Of a stretch of DNA of 64,000 nt, positions 10,346 to 20,398 are shown piece after piece (positions within the stretch are counted from its first letter, which is position 1; each line of letters starts with the position of its first letter). The stretch is taken from IMG/VR virus record IMGVR_UViG_3300045107_000066. The stretch is one strand, 5' to 3'. This stretch comes from an uncultured virus (IMG/VR IMGVR_UViG_3300045107_000066). Lineage: Duplodnaviria; Heunggongvirae; Uroviricota; Caudoviricetes. The translations under genes were made by a program, and so were the position numbers. The notes under the pieces were generated by a model, which was given only the letters and a program-made list of their open reading frames with translations, was not told the DNA's origin and ran no database searches.

Positions 10346-10846
10346 TTACTTCTTTTTCTTCAGGTAGAAGCACTCCCCTGCGTAAACCCGCATGAAGTCG
10401 TCTATCTTCCAGGTCTGATCTTCGAGGGCTTTCGGCCCGCCGTTGTCGATCACCGTCATCGTCCCGGCCTTCCGGTCAACGCCGCTGACGACGAGGCAGT
10501 GGCGAGAACGTGGCCCGGTGATGATGCAGACAGCGACCGGCGAGCCTTCCTTAACGGCCGACTCGATTGACTCAAACACCGGCCCCTGTACAGCAACAAA
10601 GTCCACCCCTCCCACACGGCACATCTCGTTGAGTGCGTCGTGGAGGAAGGCTGGACCCTTCTTCGTTTCAGTGACCTTGTAGAGTTGCGTGTAGCCGTGG
10701 TGGCGAGCAAGGGTTTCCATGCTCGACCACATGCACTGAACGCCGGTCTGGTTCTTGACCCTGTTCTCAGTTTTTACTTCAATGTTCTGCCCAAATGCCC
10801 AAACCGGAGCAACGGCCAGAAATAATACAGCGAGTAACTTACGCAT
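10346..10846 (-). CDS. secreted C39-like cysteine peptidase
   Basis: Signal peptide; QCMWSS, HCLVVSG and VIDN give a Cys-His-Asp triad pattern. Confidence 0.6.
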   Translation of the reverse strand: MRKLLAVLFLAVAPVWAFGQNIEVKTENRVKNQTGVQCMWSSMETLARHHGYTQLYKVTETKKGPAFLHDALNEMCRVGGVDFVAVQGPVFESIESAVKEGSPVAVCIITGPRSRHCLVVSGVDRKAGTMTVIDNGGPKALEDQTWKIDDFMRVYAGECFYLKKKK

Positions 10847-10878
10847 AGGTTAATACCCTCCGCAGGGTATATTAACCT

Positions 10879-11757
10879 CTACATCAATTTCTCGCCAGTC
10901 CTCCACACACCCTTCGCCGCTTTGTACTTCCTGTCCAAAGACTCCAACTTCGCCATATCCATGTTGGCCTGATTGCTCTTAAGCTTCCCGCCGTTGAAAA
11001 ACAACTCGATCATCCGCTCACGGGGCAGGTGGTTGGCACTCTTGTCGTCCACTTTCGGTGCCCAACCGAGCCGGGCGAGGAACTGCAACATGGCGTCGGG
11101 ATCGTACCCGGCGTTCTTATAGTGAAGCATCGACGTGCTGCCCTCACTCTTGCTGAGCAGCTTGCCGCCCTGGGAGATCAATCCGACGTGGGCGAACTTC
11201 GGGATGGGTGCCCCGAGCAGGTGGAACAGCACGACCTGCTTGCTGGTGTTGGTGATGTGGTCGGTGCCCCGGAGGATGTAGTTGATCCCCATATCCATGT
11301 CGTCCACCACGGACGACCAGTTGTAGGTCGGGGTGCCGTCGCTCTTAATCAACACCATCTCGTGCATGCGGTTGAGATCGTCGTCGGTGATCTTCACGTC
11401 ACCCACAACCTCGTCGTGCCATGTCCTCGGGACTTCCTTGAAGTCCAGGTGGCTGACGTAAAGGGTCAACGCACCGTCCCGGTCGGAAACGTTGGGCAGC
11501 AGGTCGATGGCCTCCCGGTGACGCTTGAACCGCTCGCTCTGGCGGAACGTCCGGTCGTGGTTGAGGCCGAGCCAGTCCATGATGTCGTGGATGACCTTCA
11601 CTGAGTCTTCGTTGTTACGCTTCTGGTCCGTGTCGTCAATGCGGAGGGTGAAGGTGCCGCCGCTCGCTTTAGCGGCGAGCCAGTTGAAGTACGCCGTCCG
11701 GGCCGTGCCGATGTGAAGATCGCCGGTCGGGGACGGGGCAATTCGGGTGTGAAACAT
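10879..11757 (-). CDS. glutamyl-tRNA synthetase catalytic domain only (GluQ-like)
   Basis: TRIAPSPTGDLHIGTART, LRIDDTD, PTYNWSSVVDD, RGTDH, KLLSKS; 292 aa with no anticodon-binding domain. Confidence 0.9.
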   Translation of the reverse strand: MFHTRIAPSPTGDLHIGTARTAYFNWLAAKASGGTFTLRIDDTDQKRNNEDSVKVIHDIMDWLGLNHDRTFRQSERFKRHREAIDLLPNVSDRDGALTLYVSHLDFKEVPRTWHDEVVGDVKITDDDLNRMHEMVLIKSDGTPTYNWSSVVDDMDMGINYILRGTDHITNTSKQVVLFHLLGAPIPKFAHVGLISQGGKLLSKSEGSTSMLHYKNAGYDPDAMLQFLARLGWAPKVDDKSANHLPRERMIELFFNGGKLKSNQANMDMAKLESLDRKYKAAKGVWRTGEKLM

Positions 11758-11833
11758 GGGTTCCTTTCATGAAAAAAGCCCGGCGTACTGAGTGTACGCC
11801 GGGCTACAGGTAGGAGGGTTACTCTACCTTCGT

Positions 11834-12466
11834 CTACTCTTCGTCGCTCATGTCGTTCTCAAGCTCGACGTTCCAGTAGGCCGTGCCGAGGAATTGCTCC
11901 CACGACTTGATCGGCTTTACCATGTCGGCCTTGAAGACGTTCATCTTCGGCTTCTGCGGCTTCGTCAGCAGCTTCATGCCTGCCTGCTTCGGGGTCCGGT
12001 TGGCCTTCTTGGCGTTGCAGCTTACGCACGCCAGGGCACAGTTCTCCCACGACGTTACCCCGCCCTGGGCACGAGGCAGAACGTGGTCGATGGTCAGTTC
12101 CTCACTGCCGAACCGCTTGTAGCAGTATTGGCAGGTGTAGTTGTCTCGCTTGTACAGCGTCCGACGGCTGAAGTGAATCTTCGGCCGGGGCAGCTTCTCG
12201 TACTTCGAGAGCAGGATTACTTCGGGAATCCGAACCTCAAGGTTCGCCGTGCGGATGACTTCATCGTCGGCGGACGCCTTCAGCTTCGACCAGTCGGCCC
12301 AGGTCATCTGCTGATAGCTCTCCGGCTCGATGATCTTTGCCTTCGGCGTGCCGTCAGCGTACTCGCTGAACAGCATGACGATGGCCCGCTGGAGACTGAC
12401 CGTCCCCACGGCTGTCCAGTTCTTGTTTAGAACTAGAACTCGGTTCTGTGTGAGTGTCGCACTCAT
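11834..12466 (-). CDS. HNH endonuclease (McrA-like)
   Basis: VLVLN, RDNYTCQYC, TIDHVLPRAQGG, WENCALACVSCNAKKANRTP. Confidence 0.92.
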   Translation of the reverse strand: MSATLTQNRVLVLNKNWTAVGTVSLQRAIVMLFSEYADGTPKAKIIEPESYQQMTWADWSKLKASADDEVIRTANLEVRIPEVILLSKYEKLPRPKIHFSRRTLYKRDNYTCQYCYKRFGSEELTIDHVLPRAQGGVTSWENCALACVSCNAKKANRTPKQAGMKLLTKPQKPKMNVFKADMVKPIKSWEQFLGTAYWNVELENDMSDEE

Positions 12467-12554
12467 GGATTCCCTCCTGTAATCTAAAGCATGTTTAACC
12501 CTCCGGCTGGCATTGCTGGGGGCGTTGTGGCCCTATCCATATCTATTATTCTAC

Positions 12555-12755
12555 TCAAAATCCCTCATTCTGCCAATCCACCTTTTCTCGTTTGGCCGGT
12601 TTCACCGGGGTGTACCAGCCGCCGATCAGGTAGATGTCCGGGAAGTAGGGCCGGGGCCGGACCGTCGCCTTCATCCGCTCCCGGTACACTGAGTCAAGGT
12701 ACGTTGCGGCGACGAAGTAGAACGCCATGCTGCCGAGGATAGCCATTTCCAGCAT
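12555..12755 (-). CDS. small membrane protein ending VDWQNEGF
   Basis: N-terminal hydrophobic helix; shared C-terminal motif. Confidence 0.6.
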   Translation of the reverse strand: MLEMAILGSMAFYFVAATYLDSVYRERMKATVRPRPYFPDIYLIGGWYTPVKPAKREKVDWQNEGF

Positions 12756-12802
12756 CTCTTCCCCTCATAGACCACCCACGGCAGCAGGTGGTTCACGCTT
12801 TT

Positions 12803-13597
12803 TTACTCTTTCGTCTTGGCGTACAACCGGAGGATTTCCAGGTACAGCCACACCAGTCCGAGCATCAGACCGAACCCGGCGTACCATTCGTACCACTTCG
12901 GTGCCTTGTCCTCAGCCGCCAACCGGATGTCCTCGAAGTCCACGATCAGTGAGAGTGCTGCCACACCCACCACGAAGATCGAGAACACGACGCCCCAGGT
13001 GCCGCCCTCGTGAACCACCGGGACGTAGCTGCCGAAGCTGAGCATCACCAAGTCCACGGTATACAACACGATGATCCCGAGCATCGCCGCCAGCAGCCCG
13101 ATCAGGAACTTCTGGGTCGGCCGCAGGATGCCCGTCCCGTACAGGAACAACATACCCGCCGCCACTCCGAAGGTTGAGGCCAACGCCTCCAACACGATCC
13201 CAGGGTACTTCGCCTCGAACCCCGCCGAGATCGCACCCAGGGCTAACCCCTCCAGGGCGGCGTAGACCGGGCCGGTGAACGGTGCGGCTCGCTGCACGAA
13301 GATCGTGAACATTGCCACAGCGAAGGCACCGAGGCACCCCCAAATGGCGAGGCTGTAGACGTTGCCGGGAATGTCGATCTGGGTCTTCGCCGCCCCGTCC
13401 GTCACCGCCGAGAACGCATCCTTGTACCCGACCGTGGTGAGGTTCCAGGTGTAGAAGAACGTCGCCGCCATGATCGCCAGCATGATCCCCGTCTTGAGGG
13501 CCACGCCAGCCACACTGAACTTCGCTTCTTGGGGGCCGACTTCTGACTCGTCGAAGCTGCCCTGACGTACCGCCGGATTCTTTAACCAGTCCGCCAT
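12803..13597 (-). CDS. Bax inhibitor-1/YccA-family membrane protein
   Basis: About 7 TM segments; YAALEGL, LIVDF, APKWYEWYAGFGL, LVWLYLEILRL. Confidence 0.88.
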   Translation of the reverse strand: MADWLKNPAVRQGSFDESEVGPQEAKFSVAGVALKTGIMLAIMAATFFYTWNLTTVGYKDAFSAVTDGAAKTQIDIPGNVYSLAIWGCLGAFAVAMFTIFVQRAAPFTGPVYAALEGLALGAISAGFEAKYPGIVLEALASTFGVAAGMLFLYGTGILRPTQKFLIGLLAAMLGIIVLYTVDLVMLSFGSYVPVVHEGGTWGVVFSIFVVGVAALSLIVDFEDIRLAAEDKAPKWYEWYAGFGLMLGLVWLYLEILRLYAKTKE

Positions 13598-14307
13598 CTT
13601 ACACACTCCTTGTGTTAGAAACTGGTGTTAAGCTATCACATCGGCGAACCCGAGTCTAGTGCGTTAGCAAATTTCGGAGCAGGGTGTTTTCGGCGTCGAT
13701 TCGCTCCAACTCTTTGCGATGGCGGGTTCGCCGCTTAGCCTTCTCGTTCTCTTCGAGAAGTTTCTTTAGAGTCGTCTCGCCGACTTGACCTTTGGGGGCG
13801 TTGGTGAGTTCGCCCAGAATGAACTGAAGTGACTGTCGTTTTTCAGAGCCGAATGGGGTAGCAGAGAGTTCCGACCTGACCTTCGCTAGAACGTCCATAT
13901 CAAAATCCTTCCTGCGTCCATTCAGGATGTCCGCAGTCTAAACCATATTCCCATTCAAAATCAAGTGCAGCGTGCGCTCCGTCAAGCCACTTCGGACGGT
14001 CCGCTGGACTCGACGAACTGGAAGACGATGTTCTGGTCCGGGTTGAACTCGCCGCAGAGGATGTCTCTGCTTTGACCGCCGGTAAGGTCTTTCCGCAGAA
14101 TGACCCGAAATACTTGTTCTGCATCGTCCACCGTAATCCCCTGATCCGAGAACAAATCCTTAACATCCTGGTAGGTGAGGACGAGTTCTTTGGTCTGAAA
14201 GGTCAGTTGCGTCTCGCTGCCCGTGATAGTCATACCATATGTAAGTGTCAAAACAAAAAAATCCCCGGCCATCGGGCCGGGGACTTGGCGTTGAGCCTCT
14301 GGCGGTT

Positions 14308-15075
14308 CTAGCTGGACAGACGCTTGCGGACGAGGAACAGGCCGAACGCCGCCGGGATGCCCGAAGCCATCAGTGCGATGCTGCTCGGCTCGGGCGTGGT
14401 GATGGTCGGCGGGCCGTGCGGGTTCGGGTGATCGTTGCAATCCTTGTCATCATGACAGTGGCCCTTCGTGGGGCAGTGGATGGTGCAGATCGGCGGGCAA
14501 AAACGATTGCACCAGTCGTGGTCTTCAGGGTAGGTGGTCGTCCAGTTGTTGATGATGGTCGGACCGTAGTTGATGAACGTGTCGCCGTTGATGATGGTCG
14601 GACCGTAGTTGATGATCGTCGAGGGCGGCGAGGCGAAGACGGTCGGCGGGCCGTACCGGAAGCCGCCCCCAAACCCCCAGCCTAAACCCCACCCGAGGCC
14701 ACCGAAGAACGGGGACGGCGGCGTGTAGAAGAACCTGTTGATCGGCCCGCCCCCGGTCATCGGACCGAACCAGGAGTCGTGGCCGGTGGGCGGCAGACCC
14801 GAGTCGTAGTAGCCGTACAGCGGGACGCTGCCGCCGCTGTACTCTTCTTCACTAAGGACAACCTGCTTGTCGTCGGGGATGGGGATCGGACCGAGCGGGA
14901 CGGTCGGGCAGAGGGGGATGGGCGGGCAGGGCAGGCACTCGAAGTAGAAGAACTGCGGCGGCGGGCAGTGGTAGAACCGGATGGGCGGCTCGCACCGGGG
15001 TCGGCCGAGCAGGAACCCGGCCTGGGTTTGGGCCACCATCAGCAGTGGCAGGACGGCGGACAGGAGCAGTCGCAT
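14308..15075 (-). CDS. PEP-CTERM sorting-domain protein
   Basis: Signal peptide; Pro/Cys/Gly-rich body; C-terminal TPEPSSIALMASG, TM helix, RKR. Confidence 0.85.
   Translation of the reverse strand: MRLLLSAVLPLLMVAQTQAGFLLGRPRCEPPIRFYHCPPPQFFYFECLPCPPIPLCPTVPLGPIPIPDDKQVVLSEEEYSGGSVPLYGYYDSGLPPTGHDSWFGPMTGGGPINRFFYTPPSPFFGGLGWGLGWGFGGGFRYGPPTVFASPPSTIINYGPTIINGDTFINYGPTIINNWTTTYPEDHDWCNRFCPPICTIHCPTKGHCHDDKDCNDHPNPHGPPTITTPEPSSIALMASGIPAAFGLFLVRKRLSS
14548..14615. repeat. 39-bp-period direct repeat inside the PEP-CTERM gene
   Basis: gttgatgatggtcggaccgtagttgatga at 14548 and 14587, encoding INYGPTIIN twice. Confidence 0.85.
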
Positions 15076-15200
15076 GATGAACCTCCGACAACGAAGCGGG
15101 CGAAGACCGAACCAGTATACCGTAAACTTTGGATGTGAAAAGGAGAGGGGCGGAATTTCTCCCGCCCCTCTCCCTGCTATAGCTCCCGTCGTTGGGAGTA

Positions 15201-16121
15201 TCACTTCAACCAGATGCCGTCGAAGTGTTTGTTGAGGAAATCCCTCATTTCTTTGGCGTCAGGTGAGTTCCTAAGTGCATCAAGATACTTCTCTTGCTTG
15301 TCATACTTGAACTCCTTCAGGTCTTTGCCGGACATGAACACGTCGTAGCTCCGCTTCAGGTGCCAGTGAACAAATCTCTTGAACTGAACATTGGTCTTCC
15401 AGTATTCAGGGTCGTGCTTCTCGGCAGCCATCGCCACCGCAGTTCCGTAGACAGAGAACTCCAGCGGACCCGAAACAGCATCGGACCACTGCCCATTGTG
15501 TTTCCCGATCTTGGTGTCCTCGACGTTGACGCTGGCCCCGTTCACATAGGCAACCCACTCATCAAAGATGTACAGTGGGCGGTCGTCCCACGCCTGCTGT
15601 CCCGTGACGTAGGTCGGATAGCGGAAGCCGTGGAGGGACTTCGGCACGAAGGGAATGATCGCACTCTTCTTAAACTTCGGCTCGTAGATCACGACGCCTT
15701 TGCCGTGCATGACGTAGAAGCCGTTGACCTTCGTGGAGTCCGGGTGGCCGTTGCGGATGTCGGCGTTGATGCCGTGGGTCGATTCGTGAGCGTTCGTGTC
15801 ACGGTCGGCACGGGTGAACGGGCGGCGTGCCCGGTTCATGATGTCGGCGTACAGCGAATCTTCTCGATAGGCTTGCGTCACCGTCTTGACTTCAATGAAC
15901 TCCGGCTCAGGAATCTTAGGGGCTGCCGGTGGCGTCCCCTCCTCTGGCCGGGCGTTGATCGGGCTGCTGAACTCTTCAAACGGCTCGACCGGCATTGTTG
16001 GCGGGGCGTTCTCCGTGAGCGACGGTGTACGACTCCCATACAGTTTGTAAATGGCGAGGTTGATGTTGACTGCAAAAGAGAGCAAGACAACCATCAACAG
16101 ATTGCTCTTGATAGACATCAA
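15201..16121 (-). CDS. hypothetical membrane-anchored protein, possible zincin (HESTH)
   Basis: N-terminal TM helix; AHESTHG HExxH motif and downstream FDEWVAY. Confidence 0.55.
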   Translation of the reverse strand: MMSIKSNLLMVVLLSFAVNINLAIYKLYGSRTPSLTENAPPTMPVEPFEEFSSPINARPEEGTPPAAPKIPEPEFIEVKTVTQAYREDSLYADIMNRARRPFTRADRDTNAHESTHGINADIRNGHPDSTKVNGFYVMHGKGVVIYEPKFKKSAIIPFVPKSLHGFRYPTYVTGQQAWDDRPLYIFDEWVAYVNGASVNVEDTKIGKHNGQWSDAVSGPLEFSVYGTAVAMAAEKHDPEYWKTNVQFKRFVHWHLKRSYDVFMSGKDLKEFKYDKQEKYLDALRNSPDAKEMRDFLNKHFDGIWLK

Positions 16122-16307
16122 GAGTTATCTATAGTTTAACAACCACCATCTCGACCGAGTTCCAGGCAGTTTCTTCCAGGGTCACTCTGTAACCCATTTC
16201 GAGGAGCTTGGTGTGAAGTGCGCCGTCGTAAGGAATGCAGACCCGGATGTCCGGGCTAAGTCCTGCGTCCATAAGGGCTTTGATGAACAGGACAGTATCT
16301 TGAAAAG

Positions 16308-16901
16308 TCAAAATCCCTCTTCTTTCCAGTTCACCTTCTCTCTCGGCTCACTGACTTTCTTGAATGTGTTTACTTCGTCGTCCACGGCGATGCGGACGAA
16401 TTGAGGCGGCATGACGACCGGGGCAGAGTTAACGAACCCGAACCGAGACAGGCGGCTGCGGCGGTTCTCGTACCGATCCATCTCCCGCTGGTACTCTCGC
16501 TCGTTACTGGTGCGAACCGGCCTCTCGTTCATGACTTCCCGGAAGAAGGTATTAGAGTTATGCGCCCATTCGCCCATCATCTCTCGGCGGAACCGCTCGG
16601 ACTGCTCCCGGAAATTCCGCTGGGATTCAGTCTCGTTGCTCCGAAGGTTCTGTAAGACGGCCTTGATCGAGGCCAACAGGCTCGCACCGCTTTCATCCTG
16701 CCGAGTCAGCGTGCGGTCCTGGTAGGCAACAATCCGGTCGGAGACGGCTTCCCTCAATCGGAAGTCCCGTCTCCCGCCGTACTCGTTAGATAGGATTGAT
16801 AAGGCTTGGTTCTGGTCGCCGGACGTGCCGACTTCCCGCCACTCGCCGTTGAACATCACTTCCATGCGATACCTGTACCAAATGTCGTCGTTGTAGCTCA
16901 T
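16308..16901 (-). CDS. hypothetical protein ending VNWKEEGF
   Basis: ORF coupled to its neighbours; shared C-terminal motif. Confidence 0.7.
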   Translation of the reverse strand: MSYNDDIWYRYRMEVMFNGEWREVGTSGDQNQALSILSNEYGGRRDFRLREAVSDRIVAYQDRTLTRQDESGASLLASIKAVLQNLRSNETESQRNFREQSERFRREMMGEWAHNSNTFFREVMNERPVRTSNEREYQREMDRYENRRSRLSRFGFVNSAPVVMPPQFVRIAVDDEVNTFKKVSEPREKVNWKEEGF

Positions 16902-17692
16902 GCCAAGTAGGTATGCACCTGCTCCAATACCGACTCGACCCTGGCGATGTCGAACTTGTCGGCCTCGTCCCGGACCTTCGTCTCCATGTCAATCCAGAAC
17001 GGCGTCTCGCCTACAACGTCGCCGATCTTCTTCAGAATCTCGACCACGTTGTCAGGCCCGATCCCGCCTGCGTACCCGCACTGCACGCCCTCTGCCGGAG
17101 GGTGCCACGTCTTCGGCTGCTTACCCTTCCCGCCGCTCACGTCGTAGAGCATGTGGAACTGAAACAACTCCTCCGGCCCGGCCGGACCCGGCTTGTCGTC
17201 GTCGAAGCGGTAGTGCTTCAGGTACTCGTCCCGCAAGTTCTTGTTGATGAGGGCCAACCACTCATGCCGCTGGAAGGCACGCTTGGTCTGGAGGATGATC
17301 GAGGGGCAGAAGTCCAACTCGATGCCCTGACCGGCCCGGTAGGTGTCGAGCAACTTCTGGAAGTCCAACGCCATGAACGTGTCGTCAGTCATGTTGACCT
17401 GGAGACGCCCGTAGCTGTCGAACTCCTCTTCACCGAAGGTGAACTTCCCCTTAACGAACTCGGTCGTCCACTGGCCGCAGATGTGCGCAGCCAGCGGCAG
17501 GTCGTCCCGCTCGTCCCAATAGGCTTGCAGGTTGCTCGTCCACTCAGGGCCGGGGTAGCGTCCGCTGCCCTGCTTGTTCTTGGAAAAGAGGATGGCCCAC
17601 TCGACAAGCGGGTACTTGTCGGTGAGGGCACCGAGTTGTTCCGGGGTAACGGCCTCGTCAGCCCCGGTAATCGTAACACGCTTGAGCTTCAT
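16898..17692 (-). CDS. phosphoribosylanthranilate-isomerase-like TIM barrel protein
   Basis: TITGAD, LYDVSGGKG, GYAGGIGPDNV, WIDMETKVR. Confidence 0.65.
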   Translation of the reverse strand: MKLKRVTITGADEAVTPEQLGALTDKYPLVEWAILFSKNKQGSGRYPGPEWTSNLQAYWDERDDLPLAAHICGQWTTEFVKGKFTFGEEEFDSYGRLQVNMTDDTFMALDFQKLLDTYRAGQGIELDFCPSIILQTKRAFQRHEWLALINKNLRDEYLKHYRFDDDKPGPAGPEELFQFHMLYDVSGGKGKQPKTWHPPAEGVQCGYAGGIGPDNVVEILKKIGDVVGETPFWIDMETKVRDEADKFDIARVESVLEQVHTYLA

Positions 17693-18091
17693 GTCGCATC
17701 CTCCAGATGCCACAATCTATCACAACAGGTTGGCGGTGTCCACAGTAACACGACGGCCGTGAACGATAGACGGCGACGGCAGGTCAATCGTTGCACGGTT
17801 GCCCTGGGAGCCGTACTCCTTGACCTTCAAGAACCCCTCGGCGGGGAGTTTCTTGTTACTGCTCTTGAAGACGACGTTATCAAACGGGGTTTTGATTTCG
17901 AAAGGAGTTCCGTCAACCAGGGTGGACTTCACCAAATAATGCTTCTCGGTTTCGGACTCGTGGATGGTGCAGCTTAGTCTGCGATCTTTAGTCATAAAAA
18001 TACCTCACTGCCCATAGAGTAGTGACCTAAAGAAGAAACCCAGGCTAGTGCCTGGGTTTCTGGGCCTGGGATACGATCCCAGGCGGGGTAG

Positions 18092-18172
18092 TGGAGACGG
18101 TCGGACTCGCACCGACATTTCCGAGCGGCCCGTGGGCTTTGACTCGGCGGATTACTTTATGCCTACGTCCCC
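18092..18172 (-). ncRNA. tRNA-like RNA with Ala acceptor identity and no normal anticodon loop
   Basis: GGGGACG/CGTCTCC-A acceptor (G3:U70); T arm GTCGG-TGCGAGT-CCGAC; CCGAG/CTCGG stem closing 17 nt. Confidence 0.6.
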
Positions 18173-18603
18173 TCTGGTCTGCCCGCCTTCCCCTTGCTCC
18201 GGTTCTGGAGGTTCAAGTAGAAAGCAAAGGTCTGGCGGTTCGGAACCGACTTGTTGCCGTCGATGCCCCTGAACACCAGCTTTAGTTTAGTGTTGTCGTT
18301 CTCATATGGCAAGATGTCTTTCAACCGGGAAAGCACGCTCGCAATGAACGGCCATGTGCCGGTGATCCGAATCCCGTCCTCACCATACGACGACTTGCTC
18401 GGCCCGCCTTCGTTGCCATCCTTCATCGGCTGGATGTAAACGGGCAGGTCCGGGCGTAGTTTCTTCCAGATGTCGAGAATTTCCGCCTTCTTGGCAGACC
18501 AACTCTGGTGCGAGACGCCTTGAACGCCCGCACCAGAGTCGAATGCCTGTTGAGCGAACTCGACGAACTCCTGTTGCTCGAAGAACTCCTTGAAACTACC
18601 CAT
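18163..18603 (-). CDS. hypothetical phage protein starting MGSFKEF
   Basis: Clean ORF with TAAATA immediately upstream. Confidence 0.7.
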   Translation of the reverse strand: MGSFKEFFEQQEFVEFAQQAFDSGAGVQGVSHQSWSAKKAEILDIWKKLRPDLPVYIQPMKDGNEGGPSKSSYGEDGIRITGTWPFIASVLSRLKDILPYENDNTKLKLVFRGIDGNKSVPNRQTFAFYLNLQNRSKGKAGRPEGT

Positions 18604-18611
18604 GCCAGTAT

Positions 18612-19058
18612 TTAGCTGGCACGGATTTGTTTCACGGCTGCCCCGACGGTATTTCCGTCAACGGCGAGGTTCTTCCCCTTCAGGAGCTTCATCGCCACGC
18701 CCGTCGCCTGCCCGTCGGACTTCGCCGCCTTGATGTCGCCCTGGACGGAAGCGAGTTCCGCCAGGACTTGATCGAGGGACAGCATCACCGGCAGGTAGCC
18801 CGTCAGGATCACGTTCTCCTGCGTCAGCTTGGCGTGCCGGGGGTCGGTCGTCGGCAGGTGCCCCAGCGACTCCGTGTTGCCCTCGATGGCCTTACGGATG
18901 ACGCCGAACACCATCTCGTCGGTCGCCGTCTTGCTCTGGCGGATCGCCAGTGACTCGGTTTCGGCGACCACGACCTTCAGCGTGTCCCGGCGCACCGTGT
19001 CGCCGAACTTCATTGCGGCCGTGATCTCAGCCCGCATCTGCTCGATCAACTTGCTCAT
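18612..19058 (-). CDS. GatB/YqeY domain protein
   Basis: AEITAAMKFGDTVRRDTLK, ENVILTGYLP, GVAMKLLK, VDG. Confidence 0.85.
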   Translation of the reverse strand: MSKLIEQMRAEITAAMKFGDTVRRDTLKVVVAETESLAIRQSKTATDEMVFGVIRKAIEGNTESLGHLPTTDPRHAKLTQENVILTGYLPVMLSLDQVLAELASVQGDIKAAKSDGQATGVAMKLLKGKNLAVDGNTVGAAVKQIRAS

Positions 19059-20302
19059 GTCATCAGCCTCCGATCTTCGAGGTAGTGGTTCACCTGGAGT
19101 TCCCTGATCTTCTTCCCCATCTCCGGCCCAGGGGCAATCCCGTACTTCTCCTGCACTTCCGCCCCGGTGATCTCCGGGAGTTCGTACACGCACAGGTGTT
19201 CGAGCCGTTCCGGGCAGAACGGGACGATCTTCGAGAACTCCGTCAAGCTCTCCCGGAACCCCGGCCTGTTACGCAAGGCCAGGGACGCCTTCACCATGTC
19301 GTCCATCTTCGGCTCGGACGCACGGCAGGCGTTGTTCGTTTCCACCAAGAAGGCCACCAGATCGAACACATCGGCGGGCCACTTGGCTTCGAGGAGCTTG
19401 GCCTTCACCAAATTCCCCTTCGGCACGTCGCTCAGAATCACCCCTAACACGACGCTCGGGTTCTTACAGTTCCCGACCTGTGCAGCGTGTGCCCGGCTGT
19501 GGTTCAGTTCGGGCAGCACTTCGTCCATCAGGCCCAGCCCGTACAGGTTGAGCAAGTACGAACGAGTCCTGACCGACTGCTTCAGCCCGGCAAGGAACTC
19601 CTGCTGGATACGCTCCTTGCTGATCGGCTGGAGGGTGCGCTGCCCCAGGTGGTGCGGGCAGGGCTGGTTCAGACGCCGGTAGTAGTCCAGAGCCGAGTAG
19701 GTCTGGTCAGTCAACTGGCCGTCGCCCTCTTGCAGCACCGTGTCGTTGAACCGGGAGAAGAACCGAACCAACCGCAAGATGCGGAGCCGGTCTTCACCGA
19801 GTCGCCTCCACGGATCGCCGATGGTGCGGACGTGCTTGAACATCACGTCGTTGATCCCGCACGAGTAGTCGAGGACTTCCCCGCTCCCGATGTCGTAGAA
19901 CAACCCGTTGATGGTCAGGTCACGCCGGTAGTGATCGGCCTCTAGGTCACGGGTGTAAGTCACCTTGTCCGGGTGACGCCCGTCCCCGTCGGCCCCGTCG
20001 CTCCGCATGGTGGCGATCTCGAAGTCCTCGCCGTCCAGGTGCGCCACCATGACCCCGAACGCCTCGCCCTTCTCGAAGCAGCGGATGTTGGCTTTCTTCA
20101 GTACATCCGCTACCTCGAACGGCACGGCGTCAGTCACCACGTCCACGTCCTTCGACTTGAAAGGAAGGCCGTGAAAGCGAGCCAGGAGGAAGTCCCGGAC
20201 GTAGCCGCCGACAGCGTAGAACCCGAACCCGGCGTCCTTGAAGACCTTGTGGAGCTTCTGGACGGGCTTGGGGACCGGGATGTCGAACTTGTGTCGTTGC
20301 AT
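19055..20302 (-). CDS. cca: tRNA nucleotidyltransferase (CCA-adding enzyme, class II)
   Basis: VGGYVRD, DVDVVT, EIATMRSD...DGRHP, RRDLTINGL, EDRLRILR; nearby tRNA genes lack CCA. Confidence 0.85.
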   Translation of the reverse strand: MQRHKFDIPVPKPVQKLHKVFKDAGFGFYAVGGYVRDFLLARFHGLPFKSKDVDVVTDAVPFEVADVLKKANIRCFEKGEAFGVMVAHLDGEDFEIATMRSDGADGDGRHPDKVTYTRDLEADHYRRDLTINGLFYDIGSGEVLDYSCGINDVMFKHVRTIGDPWRRLGEDRLRILRLVRFFSRFNDTVLQEGDGQLTDQTYSALDYYRRLNQPCPHHLGQRTLQPISKERIQQEFLAGLKQSVRTRSYLLNLYGLGLMDEVLPELNHSRAHAAQVGNCKNPSVVLGVILSDVPKGNLVKAKLLEAKWPADVFDLVAFLVETNNACRASEPKMDDMVKASLALRNRPGFRESLTEFSKIVPFCPERLEHLCVYELPEITGAEVQEKYGIAPGPEMGKKIRELQVNHYLEDRRLMT

Positions 20303-20360
20303 GGCTACCTCCTCGCATTACAGACATTGTAACAGATGCGGGGTTCGCTGTAAAAGAAGA

Positions 20361-20386
20361 ACACCGCCCGGTTTCCCAGGCGGTGT
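20361..20386 (-). terminator. intrinsic terminator
   Basis: ACACCGCC/GGCGGTGT hairpin followed by TCTTCTTTT on the minus strand. Confidence 0.7.
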
Positions 20387-20398
20387 CACGGAGTTTGT

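Noticed and set aside
13900..14166. 88-aa ORF as annotated in the track
   Set aside because: Most of it overlaps a better ORF in another frame; only the last ~28 codons (ending EWTQEGF) look meaningful, possibly a remnant or frameshift product
16913..17977. Long plus-strand ORFs antisense to real genes (also 3228-4136, 25737-26726, 39735-40682, 52090-52938)
   Set aside because: Shadow frames typical of GC-rich coding DNA, with no motifs or RBS support
18092..18172. tmRNA gene
   Set aside because: It has Ala identity and a tmRNA-like 3' end but is only 81 nt, with no tag reading frame or pseudoknots
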